Source: Eutreptiella sp. 'Long Island Sound 2002' (taxonomy: Eukaryota > Protista > Euglenida). From it: DNA of 64,000 nucleotides. A program made the translations under genes and the position numbers. The DNA lies in the NCBI GenBank assembly GCA_964036045.1, contig OZ038378.1:178808001-178872000 (forward strand). The letters are read 5' to 3'. A model generated the notes under the pieces. It had not been told where the DNA came from and ran no database searches. It saw only the letters and a program-made list of their open reading frames with translations. Below are positions 26,201 to 35,900 of the stretch, piece by piece. The first letter of the stretch is position 1. The number at the start of each line of letters is the position of its first letter.

Positions 26201-29200
26201 AACCACTTCCCCTTGGCCAAGTCTAGTTCACCTGCAGGAGCTCCTGCTGCTTATCGCAGGCGATGTCTTTCCAAATCCCAATGGACTCATGGAAGGCATC
26301 AAGGATCCGTTTGATGTCAGTTTGGACTTCGACAGCGCTGAAGAATTCGCCCAGTTCCGTCACAAACTGGTCCCCACTTTCACAGTACTTGAAGGTGCAG
26401 CCCTCCTTGACAGGGCTGTGCGGGGGTGATGCATGACCAGTGGTGGGCGATGCAACAGGAGGCGTGGGAGAGCGCTTCTTCATGGAGTCATGGCGCCCAG
26501 CAAAAAGGGGGCCTCACATGGTCCCTCACATCAGAACAAAGTGCAATGTTGATACTGAAGCAGACGTGGGTGGCAGTGGATGACTTTGAAGTAAACGAAG
26601 GCGTGGAAGATGAGATGGGATGTCATGCGGCACACACAACACAACTTCCAACGTGAATGTTCCACTATTTTAGCCGCTTACCTACACCAGGGAGCCTAAA
26701 AAGGTGGATGCATACACGGCATTTCCTCGCCCGTCGATTTTCATCAACAGTGGTAGTGATCTACCATCCATCAGGCTGGATAAACTGGGACTTGGTCGCT
26801 TCTTCAACAACAGGAGTGTTGCACAGATCCATGGCGCAGAAAGATTTGCACTCAGTGAATTTGCTCGCCAAAGGCCAGCCACGTGCAGCATTGTTTGGCA
26901 TGGGGACTGTGTATGTCAGCTTTTCAAAGAACATGTGTGATGGTTGCCACCGATAGGGATGGCGGCCAGGTCATAATGTCCCTGAAACACTACCTCCAGA
27001 AGCAAACAAATAAAATGCATGTACACCGTACAGGACGCACGGTCTATGACTACCCAGACCCATTCAATGATGATAGTAAACAAAGATGGACAGAGCAGGC
27101 CAAGGAGTCGAAAAGCACTTGTTTGAACGATGAGTGCCACTACTCCTCTCAATGTTTTACATGCAAGCAAAAACACACAAATGCAAACGCAGATCCACCC
27201 AAATGGGATCGTGGCCACCACAGGCAATCAGTGTGCTACTGTGTTGGTTCACAACTCCCCTATCTAAGATACCCGCTGTGTTGGGATCCCTGTTGCTTGC
27301 CATAGCAGACTTGTGCAGGCTCCACGTCACTAATTTGTGTCGCCTACTGTCGCCACCATGCCCCTGGCAAGGGCTAATCTCCATGCATGAGCAGCACTGA
27401 GTGGCATAGCCCCTGAGGTGGCCTACCATGTGCTCACCTGTGCGATGGTCCGTCTGAAACTCTAAGTAGCTAAACAGCGACCGCACCAACAGCCCCTCAG
27501 CACTCCAACGTCTGCGGCACTAGCACCGTATGCTTGCCGCAGTCACTGGGGGCTCGTCAGGGTTGGTCCATATGCCGACTCCCTCCCACTTTCCTGCCAC
27601 TTTCAGGGAGGGGGGGGGGGGCTGGGTCGGGGGGGGGGGGGGTCTGGGAGCCGTCCGGAGGGGGGAAGCTCCCGAACCCCAATACATATGGCTTAAAATG
27701 ACTGCCTCGTTGCGCTGATCATTCTGAGGTATGCATGTTGGGGTAAAAAAAACTTTCAAAAAAGTATTTTTTCACCCCTGACACGGAGGTCCCAGTCACC
27801 GGGATGGGGCTAGAGGTTGGGGAGGGCCCCCCGTGGCCCCAGTAGTAACTTGTCGCAGAGGCCAGCACGCGCAACTGGTCCTGCTTTAGTTGCCCACCCT
27901 TTTTCTTTCGGGCCAGGCGTGCGTTTGGTAACCCCAAGAAAACAAAGCTCACCCTCAGTAACAATGGGGGAGTGTTTGCACCTCCCGCACACAGTGCGCT
28001 ACTTTCATGGACCGGCCTGATTTCCACACCCTCAAAAAATGGCCCAGAGGGAGAGGAAACCCATTGGCCACAGGAGTTGGACTCCTCCTTCCCATGTTTG
28101 GGTGCTCAAACAACACCTCAATTGCAAGAGACAGTTCAAAAAACGCAATCAGAAGTGGCTACAAGCTAAAATAAGGGTGCTTGGTCACACCAGACTGCCA
28201 AATCCCCATGCCGCGCACGCCCGCACTGCGCAGGCTGCGTCAGGTGCTTCAACAATGTAGACTTTCCTATTCCCCGCCACACCGATAGATGCAATGGCTG
28301 CCAGTAGCTGTGCCATGTTATTGGTCTGTGGCGTGCGGAATGGTACAACGGAGCAAGCTCTCATACATCTTTGTTTTGTTAACATCAAGCCTGTGCTGAA
28401 AAGCAGATTGGCTCTTGGGCAGACAGCCCGGTCTGCGCCAGGGCTGCCAGTCCAAATATATTGCCACGTGATTACTCGTGCGCCCATGAGCAAGGCTCCC
28501 ACACAACGGGCAACAGACGGAGCAACTTGTTTCCCTTGGGCCCACTTTGGCGCACTTGATGAACCTATTTTTTGCAAACAAATTCACCGAAGGGTTCCGA
28601 AAAAAAAAACAAAGATACGTGAGGTATACCATACTCGGATGAACCCATACCTGAGCACAACACATCAAGTAGAACTGCAAAAAAAAAATTGCGGGCAGCC
28701 TCAACTCCCCTGCAGTTCCCACACAATCCACATTTCTGCACTGACATCTGATGAGCTTCAAGCATCCACTGAGCTCCATTAGATTCTCAGAGCTGTCAAA
28801 TCAGAGTCAGCCTTCAAAGAAGACCAACCCAACATATTACTATGATCACTGGACCTGCTGACAGTCAGCTTCAGTGGGGGAGGGGGGCATGAGGGCACAC
28901 CACCCGGCTGGCCCCTCCTGAGCTTGAGGGGGGGGATTTGGCACAAGGCCTCGGTATCAGCTTGAGCGGGGGGGCTGGGTTGGCACAAGGCCTGGGGGGG
29001 GGGGGCGGTATGCATCATAGGCCACCGGTTTGTGAGCCCTACGGGGAGAGGGTCACATAGGGCCCTATCCAATGCCCAACCGACGAGCTGAGGCTGGGGC
29101 AGGGGCGGCCAGGAATTGAATTTCGTCAAGGTAAAGAGTAGATGCATGAACCTTCAACCCTGGCCAGTGACTGCCAGCGATTGGCCGTTAAATGCTGGCG

Positions 29201-29821
29201 GTTGGCGGTTAACCGGGAGCCCAAATGTCAGTAGTTAAGGGACTGTCCTTGGTGAAAATATCAAAGAAAAATCTCGTTTGCGAAGAGCAGCCCTGGTTGC
29301 AACATCCTCGTCACAGAGTTAATGCATCTTCCTCAGGATGGGTGGTCAGTGAGGGGTCAGGTGTCATCTCTTAAGCCAGCAAAATCAAGCTCCATCGGCC
29401 ACTGCTTGTCCCTGTTCTTGAGTTGGTTGCCACACCTGAGTTGTCTTCACACCTCGGAGGTTTGGGCTTTGGGGGCGGGGAGAGGGGAGATGCAGGACCT
29501 TAAGCCGGGGGTCAAAAAAAAGGGCTAGAGCAAGGATTAGATTACCTACAGTTTGGTGTCATGTCAGCAGCTCATGCCAGGTGGGACAAAGGTGAGTTGA
29601 GGTTGCCTGGGCGATCTCCAGAAGCCAGCGTAACATTATCCTTTATCCCTTCTGCCTTGCAGGGTCACTGACAACCCAGCGTGTAGGACAGCAGTGCGTT
29701 CCTGCTTACTGAGTTGGAACCAGGTATCTTCAGCTCAGGCATCAGGTGCATGACAGCTAAGCTACACGACCTCTGAGCAGTGGGATAAAGGGGTCAGAGG
29801 GTATACACAGCAAATGGTAGT

Positions 29822-29865
<44 letters not shown>

Positions 29866-29908
29866 TTGTTGTTGTGGTCGTCGTTATTGGTGGTGGTGGT
29901 GGTGTTTC

Positions 29909-29962
<54 letters not shown>

Positions 29963-32900
29963 CCTTGTTCTTGTTTTTGTTGCTCGCAAGACACAAGGGG
30001 AGAGGGCCAATCCACCAATCCACCTCCTCCATGCCGCAAGCAAGGCTCCGTGCACAAGGATGACACTGCACATCCCTGCACATCGGCCAAGATATGGCCA
30101 GGGCAATGTCTTGGCCTATGCGGCTCAAAATCCAATTCCGAAAGCATGTCCCACAATCCCCCCTTTTTGTCATTTCCAACCCTCAGAATTGCCCAAATGG
30201 ACGCATGCCAGGGTGCACTAGGACCTGCTACAGTAGCACACAAAGCTGTAAGCTACCGGGGCCAAAAAAAAAAGGCCCAACAGGGGTCTCCGGGGGTTCA
30301 AAAATCACCTTTCCCAGAATTGTTCCCAGGCAACTTGGGGTGCTCAGACAAGTGTTTTTAGCCCTTTTTGAAGCCCATGGTGACCCACCTAAACCCTCCG
30401 ACATGCTCAAAAACCTTGAAAAATGGCCATTTCGGGACCCAATAGGGTCACAAAGTGGTCTACAACGTGCCACCCCCCCCCCCCAAAAAAAATAACAGTA
30501 CACCATTTGGGACGCTGACACAAGTATTTTTAGCGTATTTTGAGCCGATTTTGGGTCGTTTTAGAGTTCCAAAAGTTCCAACAAGCCATGAGAACGGGTC
30601 ATTTTGAGACCAAAAGAGGGTCAAACGTGGTTGGACACACATTTTTGCAAGAATGACACACACGAATCAATCACATCTGACGATACCACGTACGTATGAC
30701 GTATCATTTGATGTATGGTAACAACCCGTGAATATACCACGTACATATGGGCTATAGCAATGCCATGTACGCAAGATGTGTGGCAAACCACGTGTGCATC
30801 CATGATGTATGGCCATACCTACAAACGACGGATGGCTGTGTATGATGAAAAATCCACCTTTCACAAGGTCACCAGGTGCTGAAAAGGGTCACAGAAAATT
30901 ATGAAGCGGAGGGACAACACTGATGTTGCTGTTACTGTTGCTGTTGCTCCTGCTGCCATGCCAGTGCTGTTCATATTGTAGGCAGCGCTTGTACGCCAGC
31001 AGCGGCTACAATACCGTCTTCCTTGGCACTTCCTCCACTAATCCCAATTGCACCAACAATCTCCCCATTCATTTCCAAAGGCATGCCGCCTTCCACAGGC
31101 ACGACGCTGTCCATCCCTAATATTCGGAGTGTCCCATTTGCAATGCGGTCCTCGAAATCTTTTGTCGGCTTCTTGAACCCGACTGAACATTTGGCCTTGT
31201 CGATGGCCATCTGCAAACTTGCAATTTGGGTCCCCTCTTCCCTTTCAAAGTAAATGAGGTGGCCGCCGGTGTCCACAACTGCGATGGCCATGGCCCATCC
31301 GTTTGCCAGAGCCTCCTGACTGCAGATGTGGGCCAGTCCCTTAGCCTTCGAGAGAGAAATGGATTTGCCGTAGGGCTTCACTTTGGTTGGTACCAACCTT
31401 CGTGGACTGGAGTGAAAAGAAGATATGGGCATGGGTGTGTGTGTTTGCATGCGTAGGTGCGTGTGCACGCTTCTCTGACTCCCCAGGATTTCTAGGGCGT
31501 AAAAGCTAGGACGTGCACACACCAGCGCACACATACCTCCCATGCCTGCGTTCATAGGACCAACACTACACAATGCGCTAACAATGCCAATTCTTCTTCA
31601 CACTCTGGTACTTTCCATTTACATACACTCCATAAGCCTCGCTTTGTTCAGGCCATGTACACTGACAAGAGGATACAGCTCCTACATTCCCCCACACCCC
31701 AGCACCCTATACACACACACGCGCATGTGCCCCGCAGTGCGCTACCTGCCCACCCCAGATAGCACGGGGCTGGTTCATGTGACTACGAAGGCTCTGCTTA
31801 TGACCAGGGGGCTCCGCGACCGGGTGGGCGTGCCAGCAGCCACACACACAGCACACCACCAAGGCCTCGCAAGGACGTTTACATGACGTGTGTAAGAACC
31901 GGATGACCAACGGCCAGACAGCAGCCAGGCAGCATGACAAGTAGAAGGAGGACGCCGAGGAGAAGAAGGAGCACGGTCACCGCACAACAGCCAGGGCCGA
32001 AGGGGGGGGGGGACCAGCCCCCACTCACCTCCGTGGGACGCCAGACACACGAAGGCGGGGGGGGGGGGGGGATGTATTAGAAGAGAGGGGGGCGGGGGGG
32101 GAGGATGGAGGGATGGAGGGAGAGCGTAAGGAATCAGGGCATGACTCTCAAGGACATGGTGCACGGGAGCACTGGAGAGCCCCCGCCCCGGGATGTCCAG
32201 CCCTTTCGGCTGACCCTGCAGAGAACTCTGATGAGGACGTTGCTCAGTTTGTCATGTGACTTCATGTCAGAAGGTGAAGTGGAAGTGTGAATCTCTCAGC
32301 CGGGTTGTGCTCTGTGTATTGTGTCCGCTGCATCTACCCCCCCAGACTGAACCAGGGTTCAAACCCATGACCTTGGTCACGAGTCCTGTGTGTTGCCCAA
32401 CTCATCTAACGGGGATAATCGGGGAGATTAAGGAGGGACACCAGCAGGGGTGTGCAGAGTCGGTACACATATGGAATCACTGGCAATACTGAGTCCAGCA
32501 GCCAGGCTGCCAGAAGACGACGATCCCTAAACCTGGCCCTTCACCTTGGCGAGAATCTCCCTTGGTGGAGGGTCAAGTAGCCTCCGTCCTGGCGCGTCTG
32601 TGCCACACCTGGATTGTGTCCACTGCTGCCCTACACTTTGGCCTGAGCGCTTGCTCAGCGCCTCCCAGTTCTGCAGGAGCTGCTTTACCCTTGGCCGTCT
32701 CCCGACAATTGTGGGCCTGCCACGGCTTGGTGCTCTTGGCAGCCAGTGTGTGTCCTGGTGTCTTGTGACTGGCCAACTGGCGCTGTGCGGCCGTGCGCCT
32801 GACCCGCGGATGACTAGTATACGCAAGTGAGTAACAGTGCCAGGGTTCTCAGCAAGAAGGGGGGGGGGGGTTGCTCGCCCTTGCCACCCCCCCCCCGTCA

Positions 32901-35900
32901 CAGGTCAGGCGTCATGCGTCCACGGGTTCACAGATCCACGGGTGTGACAATGAAAGTGACCATCCTGTGCCGGTGCCAGTGACAGTCACAGTCACAATGA
33001 CTGTGACTGTGACTGTCAGCCTCAATAAAGCCAGGAGGGACATCCCACCGGTGACAGTGGTAGCTAACCCCCTCACCCCGCCCCCCAAATGGCGCGATTC
33101 TCATTGAGAAGCCTGAACAGTGCCGGGCTCCCCATCCGGCAACTACACATCCTGTGCACTGCGGCCTGGCGTGTTGCTCACACGTCGGTCTACGCTGTTT
33201 TCTGACGCGCGACCTGCACTGCCTCTCTGGGCCCGATGCGGGAGAAGACCACCACTCCGTTCCCCACTCCCTCACAGCACACGCTCTCCCACCAGCGCTG
33301 GGTCCGCACACGGTTCCGCAGCAAACCACTTCGCCGACCTCCCCTTTTTCCAGGCATTTTTCGACTACTCGGTCCGCCTGTGCAGAAATGTGTACGTGTT
33401 CTTGGACCTTCTTCGCGGTACACAAAGCACATGAACCCCAAAAGCATCTGCAAACAAATGCGTGCGCAGGGGCAAACCTTCCGGTCAGCGTTTGCACCAA
33501 GTCCTGGGCAGTGCGCCGTGCTTGAGCACGCTGCTGGGCCGTCAGCAGGTCCTTTCCTTGCTCAGCTTGCAGCGTGTCTCCCAACATTTTCAATACCGTG
33601 ACAACAATATTCCCAGCATCCTTCCTCTCCAGGAATCGCTGCCATTGCTCTTGTAAGCTTTTTGGGTCGGGAACATCGTCGGATCCATGCTGCACAAGGG
33701 AACGGCATCTCAGCATTGGGCTTGGTGGTTGCATTTCTGGCACATATCAGGTCTGCTTGCTGCTGAGCGAGTGGTGTTGTGCAGTGCCCCACACACTCCG
33801 CTCCTGCCTTTCAAGCCGCAGGTCACCCAACCCAGCGACTCCCCCAGCAGCAGTGGTGCAGGGCTTCCCTGCCCCACTGCCGGAACCGGGAGCACTGGAC
33901 ACACACAACCGCCGGTGATGAACTATTCCCTTTTTGCCTGTTTTGGCTCTCTTGCTACCTTTGTGTCATGCTGTATGTGTGTTTGTTTAGCGAAGCCAAC
34001 TTTTTTTTAGCCAAGTGGTAGTTGGCGCGCCAAGTCTTGACTTGGCGCGCGCCAAATCCGGACTTGGCGCGCGCCAAGTTGTTCATTTTCTTGCTGTTGA
34101 ACCCCTTTACCCCCCCATACCTCCCGCAATTTCTTGTTCCCTGTTGCCATAGACCTCATTTCTATCATGCCTCCAAAAAGCAAGGCTGGCAAGAAGGTCA
34201 TGGTCCAGACTGGGGCTGCACCCAATCCCTCCTGCCCGATGAGGGTGTCCAGCGCGTCATGGACGAGCACGTTGCTTGCTCCCGCGCTGAGCATATCCCC
34301 ACGGGGTGATCACCTGGAAAGGGGGTGTTGGGTTGGGTTGGGTTGGTTTGGGCTGGGTCTCAGCTTGCGCCAAAGGTGGGTCCCACAGCCTGTGCGTCCT
34401 TACCTCTCCTGCACACTTGCCGCCCCCCCCCCACCCCCCCGTTGAAATCTCCCCCCTTTTGTCGGGCCGGTTCCCCCCCCCACAGTGACGGTTCCCCCCC
34501 TGGCGGAGGGGGGACCGCACCACAAATCTGTGCCATCGTATCATAGTGTAAATCAGCTTCGGCGCCTTATAAAAATTTTCTTTGGCGCCTAGTATTTTCT
34601 ATGCTTTCTACGCCAAGGTGACGGTTCCCCCCCTTATGGGGGGGGGGGGTTTCAAGAGGGGGGGGGGGGTCCCGACCTCCGGTTGTAGGGGGGGAGCATG
34701 GGCGTGCCGGGCAGCTTTTTGGGCCACTTGTAATACGGAGCCCTAATCCATGCTTTTTGAATGGCCCCTTTCCGGTTGGGGATATGGACTGACTAACAGG
34801 TTGAATCCTTTCAACCATTGTCCCCATTTTCCGTTCTTTATGACACAATTCACGGACTCCATGCCCATCAGTTCCATTGGTGGCATAACCCCCCCCCCCC
34901 CCCCTATTTAGTCCTCCGCCCAAATTTATTCCTCCCCCATATTTAGTCCTCCCCTGGCCCTATTGAGCAGTCTGCTGAAATTAGTCCTCCTTTGAGCCTC
35001 TCAAGCAAACGGAACATGAGAAACCGACGGTACACTCTTCAGAGCTGCAAGCGTCACTTGAAGAAAGCAGTCAATTTCAATTGCTTTTTTGTGTTAGAAA
35101 CACCAGCAGAGGCAGATTCTGAATGTTCCATGCAGCCAATAGAATGGAAAACTGCACAAACAGGAAGATCACAAGCGACACTCACCCGCCCAAAATTAGT
35201 CCTCCCCCCATAATTAGTCCTCCCCTGGCCTTATTGAGCATTCTGCTAAAATTAGTCCTCTAGGACTAAATATGGGGGGGGGGGGTATGGAGTGCTGACT
35301 TGTGGAATTCTAAGTATGCGTTGCATGTTCACAAGGTAACTATTGCCCCCCCCCCCCCCCTTGCGCTAGCAGGAGGACCGCAGCCCGGTGGAGAAGAACA
35401 AAAGTGTGCCACTGTGCCCAAACGCTGTGCCCTGAAGCCCCCCACAGGCCCCCCCGGCATGTGCAAAATACATACAGGCACCGCGGTATCTCCCTCCCAC
35501 TAGCGCGTTGGTGGGGTTTGGGGACTGTCAGCAATCTATGCAGTCTATGTATCTGTGAGACCAGGGGGGGCGGGGGGGTTTGCCCGGTGCATGCCCGGCG
35601 TGCTACTTTTGTATTAACTATCCCTGGCATATCACCATTCGCATGCCGTATCCCATTTGGTGACACAAAACCAACCCAATCAGCAATGGGTTTTGGGTTG
35701 TGGACGCCCAGACCCTCCCGGTGCCAAAACTTGGTTCGCCGATGGCAGCACACCACAAAGACCACAAAACGCTCCCTGGTTTGAACCCACGGGGGGATGG
35801 ATCTCGGTCACATGGAGACAGCCCCCATCACTGCTCACAGTTGGATTGCGTGTTTTGCGTGGACACGCATTGCAAGCTCTGCCAGCACTGGCCCCCCACA

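Noticed and set aside
29757-30243. Poly-Q/N/T/A/V ORFs
   Set aside because: Translations of a trinucleotide microsatellite.
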